Positions 40,044 through 49,543 of a DNA stretch of 64,000 nucleotides are shown in pieces. The stretch is taken from the NCBI GenBank assembly GCA_016861265.1, contig BOLA01000001.1, positions 934,150-998,149 on the forward strand, read 5' to 3'. This stretch comes from Patescibacteria group bacterium (GTDB taxonomy: Bacteria; Patescibacteriota; Dojkabacteria; J137). The position numbers were made by a program, and so were the translations under genes. The notes beneath the pieces are model-generated. The model saw only the letters and a list, made by a program, of their open reading frames with translations. It did no database searches and was not told the DNA's origin. Every line of letters begins with the position of its first letter. Position 1 is the first letter of the stretch.

Positions 40044-40798
40044 TTTAAAAATTTTAGTCTTCTAATACCGTTATCTTGAACATCTCTTTTGTATCCTTCA
40101 AGTGTTTGGCATATTCCACCTTCATCTACTTCCATCCATTGTTGATCTTCGAGTGGTTTATTTATATCTATTATCTTTATTATTCCTGTTTTAACACCAT
40201 TTAGATTTGAATAATGAGGTGTTGAGTGTGTATATTCAATTTCTTCAACATTGCCATTTTCATTTCGAGTTACCTTACTTACCAACATAATATGGTGTCC
40301 ATTTAGTTTTATAGACTTACTCCTAATTAAATCCATTACTCTTACTTCATTTAAATCTACTTCAAAACAGTTATCTGCATTGGTAATGGTTCCTGCACCC
40401 AATTGCTCCACAGGCCTAAGCATATATCTTATTTTAGAATTAAATCCGGAATCGGATATCTTAAGGTATTTCCAAATGTGTCTGTTAAATCTAGATTTTG
40501 TATATGCATCCAAAATATGAACAATAAATCCAGAACAATCTATTCCAAGTCCTCTGCCGGTTAGAAATTCTTTAATTTGATTCTGATTCATTTGTTCAAA
40601 GTGAACGCCTTTTAATTTTTCCCATATTCTTGCTTCCATAACTATTTCTTCTGGTGTGCCCTTACCTACCATGGCTCTTAGATCTTTCCTTCTTTTATCA
40701 TTTATAAAGTATGGAGTTACAACTTCACATGTACCCAATCTTAGGTGGGTGTAGTCCGTGATCTTCTGTTTTATTATTGGGTCTAATTCTTCTGTCAT
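40040..40798 (-). CDS. NlpC/P60 (C40)-like papain-fold cysteine hydrolase, cytoplasmic
   Basis: GLGIDCSGFIVHIL (catalytic Cys context) and downstream NGHHIM His; no signal peptide. Confidence 0.5.
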   Translation of the reverse strand: MTEELDPIIKQKITDYTHLRLGTCEVVTPYFINDKRRKDLRAMVGKGTPEEIVMEARIWEKLKGVHFEQMNQNQIKEFLTGRGLGIDCSGFIVHILDAYTKSRFNRHIWKYLKISDSGFNSKIRYMLRPVEQLGAGTITNADNCFEVDLNEVRVMDLIRSKSIKLNGHHIMLVSKVTRNENGNVEEIEYTHSTPHYSNLNGVKTGIIKIIDINKPLEDQQWMEVDEGGICQTLEGYKRDVQDNGIRRLKFLN

Positions 40799-42225
40799 TT
40801 TATTATGTTTTCTATTGAACTAAAGGCTTCTATAATCCATGGACTAAGGCCGGCAGAACTTACTACTCTATTATTGAACTGCATTCTTGCCACTTCATCT
40901 GTTCTGTTTCTTATACTGTTGTATGCCTGAAACAATAATATTAAACCACCGGTGTTCGGTTCAATATCTGCTAAATTATAACCGTCATTTTGCCAGACCA
41001 AAGGTTTATCACCTTCTTCGTCAATTAATATTACACCATCTTTTAGCTGCAACGAATTCCAATCTATCGCGGCATTATCGCTTTGTAATCTATACACTCC
41101 GGACTTTAGAGCATGATTAATTCTAAAATTGTCGTACTTGGCTCTTAAAAACACCTGAGCACCCTCAAGTGGCATTATTTGTTGAGGAGGATCCTCCTCA
41201 ATTTGAATATTCAAAAATTCTGCTAAATTAATTAGTGCTAGTGGTGTTAGCCCCGCCTTTAATTCTAATCTTGTCTGTAGCGAAATATTTGCTGTTTGTC
41301 TTGCGTTTATTTCTATTAGTATAGGATTTAAATTATTCTCTAGAATTAAATCGATTCCGAATAACCCCCTAAAACCATCATTTTGCATTAGTTCGCCTAC
41401 ATATCTAACTAAGTTAAATATTTGTGACTTAATTTCCGGCTGCAATTCATTGGCGAAAGAAAAATCATTGCCTACTGTGCTACCGGCACCATCTGTCAAT
41501 TCAGGAACCCCAGTAATTTGGTACTGTAGTCCGGCTACAAATATGCCTCTTCTTGTAACACATCCGTTTATTGTATAAGGTGTTCCTTTTATTACTCTCG
41601 AAAGTTTGACTATGTTGCCTGCTAAAGCCTTTTGTGTTTTTACCCATTCGCCTTCGTTTTTAATAAAGAAAGTTCCTAAGCCAGTGTGTGCTCGATCTAG
41701 CTGTACTACAAACTCTGCGCCTAATTCATCATTTAAATCATGATATGAATAATCAGATATATTACCTACTATTGTCTGTGGTATTGGAATCTTATTTTCT
41801 AATAGAAATTTATATTGACTTAATTTATCTTCGAATTTTCTGTTTAAGTTAACATCGTTATTTAATATTGTTCCTTTTAGGTTTACTAGTTTAATTGCTG
41901 AAGGATTATTAAACTGAAAAAACTGTCCATAAAATTCTTGTTCGTGGGTAACGTTTTTTAACCAATTAATTAGGTTTGGGCTACTTAGCAATTCAAGGGT
42001 CGAAGTAATTTTTGAATCTTTGTTAACAAACTGTTCACAAAATACATCGGTTTTTTTGCTCAAACATCTAGTTAGGTAATTATCATCGGCACATGCAACA
42101 TGGTAGTTGGTAAGAAGACTTTCTAAGCCTGTTGATCTTTCAGAATCCTTACAAAAATATACTAAAGGTTTTTCCTTTAGCTTTAAATTTACTTGATTTA
42201 ATAAATTCTGAGTAAGTTGATTCAT
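40795..42225 (-). CDS. ATP-grasp-fold ligase
   Basis: 476 aa; GLFGIDLILENNLNPILIEINAR matches the ATP-grasp C-terminal Mg/ATP site; 4-nt overlap with the C40 gene. Confidence 0.6.
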   Translation of the reverse strand: MNQLTQNLLNQVNLKLKEKPLVYFCKDSERSTGLESLLTNYHVACADDNYLTRCLSKKTDVFCEQFVNKDSKITSTLELLSSPNLINWLKNVTHEQEFYGQFFQFNNPSAIKLVNLKGTILNNDVNLNRKFEDKLSQYKFLLENKIPIPQTIVGNISDYSYHDLNDELGAEFVVQLDRAHTGLGTFFIKNEGEWVKTQKALAGNIVKLSRVIKGTPYTINGCVTRRGIFVAGLQYQITGVPELTDGAGSTVGNDFSFANELQPEIKSQIFNLVRYVGELMQNDGFRGLFGIDLILENNLNPILIEINARQTANISLQTRLELKAGLTPLALINLAEFLNIQIEEDPPQQIMPLEGAQVFLRAKYDNFRINHALKSGVYRLQSDNAAIDWNSLQLKDGVILIDEEGDKPLVWQNDGYNLADIEPNTGGLILLFQAYNSIRNRTDEVARMQFNNRVVSSAGLSPWIIEAFSSIENIIK

Positions 42226-42257
42226 TTATTTATTATAGTTTATACCAAAAGCAATTT

Positions 42258-42806
42258 CTATTTTACGTAGTAAATATAATATTTCCCAAAGATTCTATCT
42301 GGCGTCAGTTTTGTGAATTTGAATGTATTTGTTACAACAACACTGCCTTTCTTCATTTCGGAAAATAGTTTGTTTGATACGCTATCCATATGTTCCGGGA
42401 AAATATACAGGTAAGCAAAATCGTATTTAGAAAAGTCATGATTTCTAAAGTCTTTATTAAATATCTTCGCCCTATTACGTAATCCTTTTAGTGTAATTAC
42501 TGATCTGCTGTATAGTGTTAAAAAAGGGTTGAATTCAATTCCATCCGCATTAAAACCCTGTTTTGCTGCCCAGCGTACAATTCTGCCATCTCCTGATCCT
42601 ATATCAATAAAGTTAATGTTTCCGGTAATATTAAGTTCCTTTAGTAAGTCGTTTAGAGGTTTCGTTTTTGAAGGATAGAACGGTGTTTGATTTATCCAAG
42701 ACCATATTAAATAAAATCCAAAAATAATAAGTATTCCTTCACACAAAAATACTGCGATTAACCCAATTTCCATTTTAGTTCTATAAAATTTAAGTTCCCG
42801 AAGCAA
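42258..42806 (-). CDS. class I SAM-dependent methyltransferase with N-terminal TM helix
   Basis: IDIGSGDGRIV motif I. Confidence 0.6.
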   Translation of the reverse strand: MLRELKFYRTKMEIGLIAVFLCEGILIIFGFYLIWSWINQTPFYPSKTKPLNDLLKELNITGNINFIDIGSGDGRIVRWAAKQGFNADGIEFNPFLTLYSRSVITLKGLRNRAKIFNKDFRNHDFSKYDFAYLYIFPEHMDSVSNKLFSEMKKGSVVVTNTFKFTKLTPDRIFGKYYIYYVK

Positions 42807-43875
42807 TCAAAATTACCCTATCTAATTTAACATTTTGTTTCGATAATCTTAAGTATGCAGCTACCGAAAGTAAAGAAGTATAGGACAATTCAATATTAAT
42901 CTTGTTTTTTATAAACTGTTTGGCTTCATCTAGCTCCTGATCAGTAACAGCTACCGCACCTCCGTTTGTTTCTTTAATTACCTTTAAAATTTGAGGAGCT
43001 CTTAGTGCGGTTTTATCAATAATTGCATCGGCTTTTGATTCTTGTTCGTGAACATCAATGTTTAAGAGTGATACTATGGGATATGTAGCCGTCGTTTGTA
43101 CAGCGTACATTCTAGGTAACTGCCAGTCGTGATCTAATTTTAAATGCAAACCCTGTACTAAACCTACAAAAGCAGTTCCCGAAGAAACTGGAGCGAAAAT
43201 TCCAATTTGTCTGTCGGGTAGAATATACTTTTTTAATTCAAACCCTAAAGACCAGTAACCCTTTACAATTGATTCGTCTATGGAAGATCTTAAATTAACG
43301 CAGTTAAATTTTGCTGCTATTTCTACACTTTCCTTTCTAGAATTTTCACTTATATACAAAATGTTATTAGTACCGTTAATTAATTCCTTTATTTTCTGGA
43401 GTTTGTACTCATTCACATTTTTAGAAACAGCAACATGCAACTTAAAATCCGGAATTTGCTTTAGGTAAGTTAAAAAACTTATAGCTGCATTCCCCGATGT
43501 AGCAATTACAGCTTCTTTAATATTCTTTTCTAATAGCTCTGTAACCTTGAATGCAGTTCCTCTGTCCTTCCAGGAGCCTGTAGGGTTTAGGTCTTCTCTC
43601 TTTAGAATGATTTCTGTTGTACCGTTATTAAATTTTACTTCTTGAGTGTTGCCTTCGTTGAGTGAAATTAAATTCGATGTTAGCACTAAATTTTTAATCT
43701 CTTTAAAATCCCAAATCACAGAATTATTACAGTTTTGTAAATATGATAAAATGAATTCAATGTAATTATTATATCGTAACTTATGAATATTGCGAGTTTG
43801 TTTAAGAAAAAGAATACCCAACCAACCGATGAAACAAAGAGTTTGGAAACTCCATCTGAAGCAAATAGCATTCAT
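42790..43875 (-). CDS. fold-type II PLP-dependent enzyme (threonine synthase/cysteine synthase-like)
   Basis: LNEGNT…KREDLNPTGSWKDRG (PLP-lysine), ATSGNAA. Confidence 0.65.
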   Translation of the reverse strand: MNAICFRWSFQTLCFIGWLGILFLKQTRNIHKLRYNNYIEFILSYLQNCNNSVIWDFKEIKNLVLTSNLISLNEGNTQEVKFNNGTTEIILKREDLNPTGSWKDRGTAFKVTELLEKNIKEAVIATSGNAAISFLTYLKQIPDFKLHVAVSKNVNEYKLQKIKELINGTNNILYISENSRKESVEIAAKFNCVNLRSSIDESIVKGYWSLGFELKKYILPDRQIGIFAPVSSGTAFVGLVQGLHLKLDHDWQLPRMYAVQTTATYPIVSLLNIDVHEQESKADAIIDKTALRAPQILKVIKETNGGAVAVTDQELDEAKQFIKNKINIELSYTSLLSVAAYLRLSKQNVKLDRVILIASGT

Positions 43876-44190
43876 AATGTTAATGAACCTGCGACTTCAA
43901 ACAATACCGTTCAAAATAACGATACAACGTTAGGTAGTGCAAAACCTGCAAACTGGATTGAAATTTCGGATGATGGTGAATTTATCTGCAGTGAATGTGG
44001 TAATAAATCTGCTCCAGAAACAAATACAGAAAATGGAACTGTTACAGCCGATCTTCAAAGCGTTAAAAAAGATTTAGAACAATACCCTACTAAAATTATC
44101 TACGGAATTTGTCCGGTGTGCGGAATGGAATTCACCTTTAAGCATAGTGAAGGAAAGTTATTCCTTGAACCAAGCGAAATGATGAAGTAA
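43783..44190 (+). CDS. zinc-ribbon (CxxC…CxxC) small protein with N/T-rich linker
   Basis: 135 aa; CSECG…CPVCG; start overlaps the divergent PLP gene, so the true start is uncertain. Confidence 0.4.
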   Translation: MNIASLFKKKNTQPTDETKSLETPSEANSIHNVNEPATSNNTVQNNDTTLGSAKPANWIEISDDGEFICSECGNKSAPETNTENGTVTADLQSVKKDLEQYPTKIIYGICPVCGMEFTFKHSEGKLFLEPSEMMK

Positions 44191-44251
44191 CCCCCATCTA
44201 GATAACTGATGTTATAATTTGGCGTCCAAAATTCATTGAAAGGAATTTGCA

Positions 44252-44440
44252 ATGGACAATAGATTGCACGTACTTACCCAGAAGCAACTCGAAGAATTTG
44301 GTACATTGTGTGTTGCGGCAGCCGGATTTGGATTAGAATCCACAGCCCTTAAACAACAATGGGAAGCCTCTGAAAAAGAGGCTAAAGAGGCTTTTGAGTC
44401 AGTACGCCACATTTACGTAAAGTCGGTAGAAAAAATTTAA
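44252..44440 (+). CDS. small hypothetical protein on a GC-rich islet next to tRNA-Gly
   Basis: 62 aa; ~50% GC; followed by hairpin 44459..44482. Confidence 0.4.
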   Translation: MDNRLHVLTQKQLEEFGTLCVAAAGFGLESTALKQQWEASEKEAKEAFESVRHIYVKSVEKI

Positions 44441-44458
44441 AATCTACTGCTTTGCTCG

Positions 44459-44482
44459 AAGGCGGTCGTTCGACCGCCTTCT
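44459..44482 (+). terminator. GC-rich hairpin GAAGGCGGT-CGTTCG-ACCGCCTTC
   Basis: Seen in sequence. Confidence 0.5.
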
Positions 44483-44710
44483 GAAATTCTATTATTCTAT
44501 AACGCTAATCGGGTTAAATCACAGTTTATAATTCCCAAAAAAGCAATTGAACGATATAATATTAATGGCTCTGTAGGGTATACAAAAAACTCTAACAATT
44601 CAAATTTTTAGGTCCAACGATTCTTCTAATCCGTGGGTTAGATGTAAGTTGGCAATAGTGGTAACCGAGAGGTTTCCTTACATACTCTACAGGCCGTGTT
44701 TCTCTTTCAG

Positions 44711-44783
44711 GCGGATGTAGTTCAATTGGTAGAATGTTTCCTTCCCAAGGAAAAGGTCGCGAGTTCGAGCCCCGTCATCCGCT
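44711..44783 (+). tRNA. tRNA-Gly (anticodon CCC)
   Basis: Manual fold: acceptor GCGGATG/CATCCGC perfect, D-arm GTTC/GAAT, anticodon stem TTTCC/GGAAA with loop TTCCCAA, T-loop TTCGAGC (one T-stem mismatch). Confidence 0.7.
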
Positions 44784-44810
44784 TTATATATTCTTTTTTT
44801 CAAAAGCCAG

Positions 44811-45107
44811 TTACATTAGGTTAACCTTAATTTTCAACAAAACCTTAACAGTATCTCCTTTATCCAAAAATTCTGCTTCTCTAACCGTCTTTTTTATAGG
44901 TACAAGATACTGTTCATCTTTGGGGAATATAGCGGTAGTAAATTCAGTGTCTTCTATTGTTACCGTAACAGGAATGGTTCCCCAGCCATAGGTAACAAGA
45001 TGAGAAATTGATTTTATGTCCTTACTCTGCTCTTTAGGAACTGCTACAAAGTAGAATGGTGCGGGGCCACGCCAGTAAATTATGGTTCCTGAGAATTCAA
45101 TATTCAT
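44811..45107 (-). CDS. DUF1905-family small protein
   Basis: 98 aa; …WRGPAPFYFVAVP… matches DUF1905. Confidence 0.5.
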   Translation of the reverse strand: MNIEFSGTIIYWRGPAPFYFVAVPKEQSKDIKSISHLVTYGWGTIPVTVTIEDTEFTTAIFPKDEQYLVPIKKTVREAEFLDKGDTVKVLLKIKVNLM

Positions 45108-45284
45108 ACATTAAATTATTTATATTTAATTATTATAGTTCTTATTGTGTAATATTATTTACTGTAAAGTTTACTTAAATTAACAATATATTATTATTAC
45201 ATAGTAATCTATTTACATATTCAAATTAACTGGTATAATCATTGTTGGTTTTAATTAACCAGTCCGTTGCTTGCAGGAACATCG

Positions 45285-45455
45285 ATGTAAGGTAAAAAAT
45301 CTTACACCGGTGTTTCTGAGGCATGTCCCTGATGAGCTAGAGTTGACACCTCCTTAGGTCGCACGACCCCAAATGGATGTGTCTTAGGGACACCGGACCT
45401 TGTAGAGAGATCGCACTTGTTGCGGTCTCTCGAACCACTTTATGTCCATGATAAA
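45285..45455 (+). ncRNA. candidate structured RNA / cis-regulatory leader (multi-hairpin, ~50% GC) upstream of CDS 45461
   Basis: Nested helices seen: TGTAAG/CTTACA; TGTCCCT…AGGGACA enclosing GACACCTCC/GGATGTGTC and GGTC-GCAC-GACC; 11-bp hairpin GAGAGATCGCA-CTTGT-TGCGGTCTCTC at 45405..45431. No match to a known family could be established. Confidence 0.3.
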
Positions 45456-45460
45456 AAGAG

Positions 45461-46723
45461 ATGTCACTTGAACTAAGACAAGAGGATATTCAAACTCAGA
45501 ATTTATCACTTCCATCGGAACCTTCAGCCTTTCACGCCATTAATGGTGTCGCAATACGCTTATTAAGAGAAAAGTATCAATTTTTAATTCAGGAGTTAGT
45601 AACTATCTTATTGGATCAAAATGATTTAAGAAGTTACGATGCACTTGCACAGGAGCTTATACCTCAGGAATACGATCAGAATTCTGTGGTTGCTAAGAAA
45701 ATAATACACCTGGCTGCTCAAACAGCCGCTCAACAATATAACGAATCTGCAGAGGAACCGACTATAGATTTATACGCAAGATCGTGCAGGGTAAAGTCCT
45801 TTACGAATATAAATCGACGAAGTGGTCACACCATGCTTGAGGCATTAGGTAGAAAGCCATTTTCACTTGAGGAGATTGGTTTTATTCTAAACCTTATAGC
45901 CAATCCAGATTTTCAATGGCACACTGGCAGTCATGCTGGTCAACCAGATTGGTGCAAGATTACAATTGCGTTTAATAATAAGTTTGCTGATCAAAGAACA
46001 GCGAAGTCGTTATCTGATCAGATTAAGACAATGCGTTATAACGGTGATTCAAGGTTACAAACTGCACAGGAACTCGAACTTGAAGAACAAGAAGAAGAAT
46101 CCTCAATTTTTTATATAGACAGGTTTCTTCAAAAGGTAATTATTGAAAAGGAGCTTTACGAAAGATTTGCAAATCAAATTGCATTTATTCTTAACGATTT
46201 ATCAGATTACAGAAGCTATCATGAAATTGTGAGAGACTTAATGCCAGAAGAATATTCCTATGGTTATAATGCAGCAAATCAGCTGATATCTATGATTGTA
46301 GACCTTATAAGATTTGACTCCTCAATTGATTTTAATGATGATTTGTTTCAACAACGAAAAATAGTTATAAATGTTCATAGAAAGCGACTTCTAGATCAGG
46401 CAGGCGCTATGCTCGAAAGACAAGGCATAATTAGATTTTCCGAAGCTGAGTTTAGAAGATTCATGGAATTAAGAAGGCTTTGTGTTCGAGAAGACGGTCC
46501 TCAAGTTGGTAGAACCGATTATATACAAGTAGCTAGGCAGCTTAATATGGAATTCCATAACGGTGACGAAGTAAGGACTGCAGAAAAGCTTTCCGGACTT
46601 GTGAGAGCCTATAGGCAAAATTTTAAGAAAAAACCCTACATGTACCCAAATATAGACGATTTCAATATTCCTGTAGAAGAAATAGTAAATGCTTACTACT
46701 TGCCCCAAGTAACTGAACAATAG
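45461..46723 (+). CDS. hypothetical protein with internal tandem duplication
   Basis: 420 aa; two ~65-aa repeats (…LVTILLDQNDLRSYDALAQELIPQEYDQN… / …IAFILNDLSDYRSYHEIVRDLMPEEYSYG…). Confidence 0.5.
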   Translation: MSLELRQEDIQTQNLSLPSEPSAFHAINGVAIRLLREKYQFLIQELVTILLDQNDLRSYDALAQELIPQEYDQNSVVAKKIIHLAAQTAAQQYNESAEEPTIDLYARSCRVKSFTNINRRSGHTMLEALGRKPFSLEEIGFILNLIANPDFQWHTGSHAGQPDWCKITIAFNNKFADQRTAKSLSDQIKTMRYNGDSRLQTAQELELEEQEEESSIFYIDRFLQKVIIEKELYERFANQIAFILNDLSDYRSYHEIVRDLMPEEYSYGYNAANQLISMIVDLIRFDSSIDFNDDLFQQRKIVINVHRKRLLDQAGAMLERQGIIRFSEAEFRRFMELRRLCVREDGPQVGRTDYIQVARQLNMEFHNGDEVRTAEKLSGLVRAYRQNFKKKPYMYPNIDDFNIPVEEIVNAYYLPQVTEQ

Positions 46724-46813
46724 AAGCCTTATAGTAAAAATATCCACAAAGTTTTTGATAATTATCCACTGTTTAACTATAATGAATTATCAATTAGTTA
46801 TTAACAAATAAAT

Positions 46814-47245
46814 ATGTTTGGCGATATTAATAGAGTTACATTAATGGGAAACGTTGTTAGGGACCCAGATTTAAGATATACACCTAATGGAGCTGCTGTG
46901 TTAAGTTTCAGCATTGCAACAAATAGAAGATACAAGAAAGGTGAGGAATGGACCGATGAAGTTTCTTATCATAATATTGTTGTATGGAATAATGCTGAAA
47001 GCCTTTCCCAGAGAATCAAAAAAGGTACAAGAGTTTATGTCGAAGGTAGAATTCAAACAAGAAGCTGGGACGATAAAGACGGTAAGAAAAATTATAAGAC
47101 CGAAATAAACTCAGAAAGAGTAATTCTAATCTCAAGATTTGAAGGAGATAATTCTTCCGGAAACGAAGGTTCACCTTCTGGTAATGTGCAATCGGACTCA
47201 AATGAGGAAGATCAAGCAATCGATCCTAACGATTTGCCTTTTTAA
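46814..47245 (+). CDS. ssb: single-stranded DNA-binding protein
   Basis: OB-fold N-terminus (RVTLMGNVVRDPDLRYTPNG…), Gly/Ser-rich linker, acidic C-terminal tail …DPNDLPF. Confidence 0.85.
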   Translation: MFGDINRVTLMGNVVRDPDLRYTPNGAAVLSFSIATNRRYKKGEEWTDEVSYHNIVVWNNAESLSQRIKKGTRVYVEGRIQTRSWDDKDGKKNYKTEINSERVILISRFEGDNSSGNEGSPSGNVQSDSNEEDQAIDPNDLPF

Positions 47246-47265
47246 ATAAATTTAAATAATACAGA

Positions 47266-48267
47266 ATGAAGAAAGACTACTTTAAAGTAGTTAAGAATTT
47301 TGTACTATCTAATAAAATTAGTGTCTTCTTCACACTTATTTTTACTCTGCAATTCTTGTTCGCAGGCAGGATTTGGTTTTGGAGTGTATTTTCAGTAATA
47401 CCTCCAATTTTTTTTACAGTTTTATACTTAACTTGGCTGTTATGGATTACTGTAAAGAAAAACTTTTATGGACTTTCTTTATTACTGTTGTGCTTGCCGT
47501 TTGCCATTTATTCATCCGATGTTACTATAAAACACTTTACCGACCAGCCAAGCCAAGACTCAACTACAGTTAAGGTGTTTAATTGGAATACCGAGTTCTG
47601 GGAATTCAACGAGAAGGCAAAGTTTTTCCAATTTTTAGTTGAGCAGCAAGCAGATGTTTACCATTTACAGGAGCATATTTTACTCAATAAAAACGGCTAC
47701 TTTATTGAACTAGACGATCAAGAAGAACTTAAATCTATATTTAAGGGTTATACGATTGTAAAGAAAACAGAATTCTTGACTATAACAAAATTACCTGTAG
47801 TTAAATCTTACTTAGAAGAAGAATCCTATTACTTAAGGGTAGATGTGCAAGTAGGAAAGAATGTTTTGAGCTTATATAATGTACACATGCCTGTTCATAT
47901 TAATACTGCAATACTACCTGATGTCTATAAATTTGCCGTAGATCTTAAACATAGATTTGATTTTAGAAATCAGGAATTTAATAAACTTATAAAAGATATA
48001 AAATCAAATACTAATGTTTTTTATATATCAGGAGATTTTAATACAACAAGATCTATGGGCAAAATCCATGAAATTCTTGATTTAGGCAAGGATGCTGCCT
48101 ATGCTGGAGATAACTTTTTTAATGCAACTTGGTCTGTAAACGATATAAGAGTTTGGAGAATAGACTTTAATATAGTCCATAATGGTTTAAAAGTACTTCA
48201 TTACAAGGAATTGAATCCGGGGAGTCTATCTGACCATTGGGCGCAATTAGTTACAATTCAACTCTAA
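47266..48267 (+). CDS. endonuclease/exonuclease/phosphatase (EEP)-family protein with N-terminal TM helices
   Basis: VFNWNTEFW…, C-terminal SDHWAQLV (EEP SDH motif). Confidence 0.65.
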   Translation: MKKDYFKVVKNFVLSNKISVFFTLIFTLQFLFAGRIWFWSVFSVIPPIFFTVLYLTWLLWITVKKNFYGLSLLLLCLPFAIYSSDVTIKHFTDQPSQDSTTVKVFNWNTEFWEFNEKAKFFQFLVEQQADVYHLQEHILLNKNGYFIELDDQEELKSIFKGYTIVKKTEFLTITKLPVVKSYLEEESYYLRVDVQVGKNVLSLYNVHMPVHINTAILPDVYKFAVDLKHRFDFRNQEFNKLIKDIKSNTNVFYISGDFNTTRSMGKIHEILDLGKDAAYAGDNFFNATWSVNDIRVWRIDFNIVHNGLKVLHYKELNPGSLSDHWAQLVTIQL

Positions 48268-48779
48268 AAGCTGAATAATACAATTCCCACAGAAACCGAA
48301 ACATTTAAACTAGACATCTTACCGAACATTGGAATTTCAACTCCCATGTCACAATTTTCCAGGGTTGATTTCTTCATTCCAAATACTTCGCTTCCGGCTA
48401 TAAATGCAACCTTATTCTTGCCTATAAGTGCTTTATTAAGATTGGCTAAGGTAACAGATGTATCTGTTAATTCAATAGCGCATACATAGAATCCTTTTTT
48501 CTTAAGCTTTTGTATTACTGTTCCGGTATTGTCTGTATATTCCCACTCAAGACTTGTTTCTTTGTTTCTAGATACTTGTCTCATTTCTTTTCCAAATGGT
48601 GGAGTCTTGGTTATTCCTGTTAAGAAAAGCTTTCTTACTCCTGCAGCTTCGGCAGTTCTAAAAATACTGGCTACGTTTCTTGCATATTCAATATTCTCTA
48701 GAACTACAACAATCTCCTTCGATCGTTTAGGAAATTCCTTGTACTTCTTCTTTACTTCTTTTTTATTTAGCTGTCTCAT
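48264..48779 (-). CDS. SpoU/TrmH-family RNA 2'-O-methyltransferase
   Basis: SPOUT C-terminal motifs IAGSEVFGM…VEIPMFGKMSSLNVSVSVGIVLF. Confidence 0.7.
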   Translation of the reverse strand: MRQLNKKEVKKKYKEFPKRSKEIVVVLENIEYARNVASIFRTAEAAGVRKLFLTGITKTPPFGKEMRQVSRNKETSLEWEYTDNTGTVIQKLKKKGFYVCAIELTDTSVTLANLNKALIGKNKVAFIAGSEVFGMKKSTLENCDMGVEIPMFGKMSSLNVSVSVGIVLFSF

Positions 48780-48840
48780 AGAATTAAAAAACCTCTCCTA
48801 CATAACTGTAGAAGAGGTCTAAAATCAAATTTAATTGATA

Positions 48841-49251
48841 TTATTCACCTTGATTAAAGTCGTTGTTATCGTACTCTCTTCTTGGTCTAAAGTCTCTTCT
48901 TGGACCTCTGTTGTATCCACCTCTTGAATCTCTAGGTCGATCTTCTTTTGGTCTAGCTTCATTTACTACAAGATTTCTTGGTCCTCTTCCGTCATCTGCG
49001 TCGAATTCCATTTCATTCATTGCTTCAATTACTTTGTCTGCAACAGTATCTTCAGAAATTGTTACAATAGCGAATCTAGCATTTCCTCTTTCGTCAACTT
49101 TGAAAAAGTTGTCTTCGATTCTTGCTTCTACTTCTTGTCCTTCTTCCTTTAATGCGTTAACTGCTGTCTCGATTTGAGCGTTAATTACGCTTTCTAGAGC
49201 TTCTCTTTTAGTGCCCCAAGGTAAGTTACCTACATATAGCTTCTTAGCCAT
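48841..49251 (-). CDS. RRM-domain RNA-binding protein with Arg/Gly/Asp-rich tail
   Basis: Start MAKKLYVGNLPW (RNP2-like); C-terminal RGG/RD-rich low complexity; upstream in-frame Met at 49368 would add an implausible hydrophobic leader. Confidence 0.6.
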   Translation of the reverse strand: MAKKLYVGNLPWGTKREALESVINAQIETAVNALKEEGQEVEARIEDNFFKVDERGNARFAIVTISEDTVADKVIEAMNEMEFDADDGRGPRNLVVNEARPKEDRPRDSRGGYNRGPRRDFRPRREYDNNDFNQGE

Positions 49252-49438
49252 ATAAATATATAAAAAAATATAAAATACTATTACCTTCCTGCCTCTCTTA
49301 CCTATCGGAATCGAGCATGCAATAAAGCAACTAACAATAATAACATATATATACAAGTAAATATACAATATTGGCTTGTTGAACTCCCTGGGTGTGTTTT
49401 ATATAATCCTATTGCAACCACCATTAAGGAGATTTCGT

Positions 49439-49543
49439 ATGAAAAAGCCCAAGAAGGTTACACGCAGGAAGACACGTCTTAAGGAGAAGGGTAAACAAAA
49501 ACCGACAGCAAAACATGGGCAGAATGTGTGTAACGGGCATTAA
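49439..49543 (+). CDS. highly basic micropeptide (34 aa) MKKPKKVTRRKTRLKEKGKQKPTAKHGQNVCNGH
   Basis: SD AAGGAGA 7 nt upstream; followed by hairpin GCGGGTTATG…CATAACCCGC (49567..49590); no family assigned. Confidence 0.25.
   Translation: MKKPKKVTRRKTRLKEKGKQKPTAKHGQNVCNGH

Noticed and set aside
45326-45345. CUGAUGAG string suggesting a hammerhead ribozyme
   Set aside because: No downstream GAAA(C) core with the correctly positioned stem II and III and no cleavage-site UH context, so the hammerhead catalytic core is incomplete.
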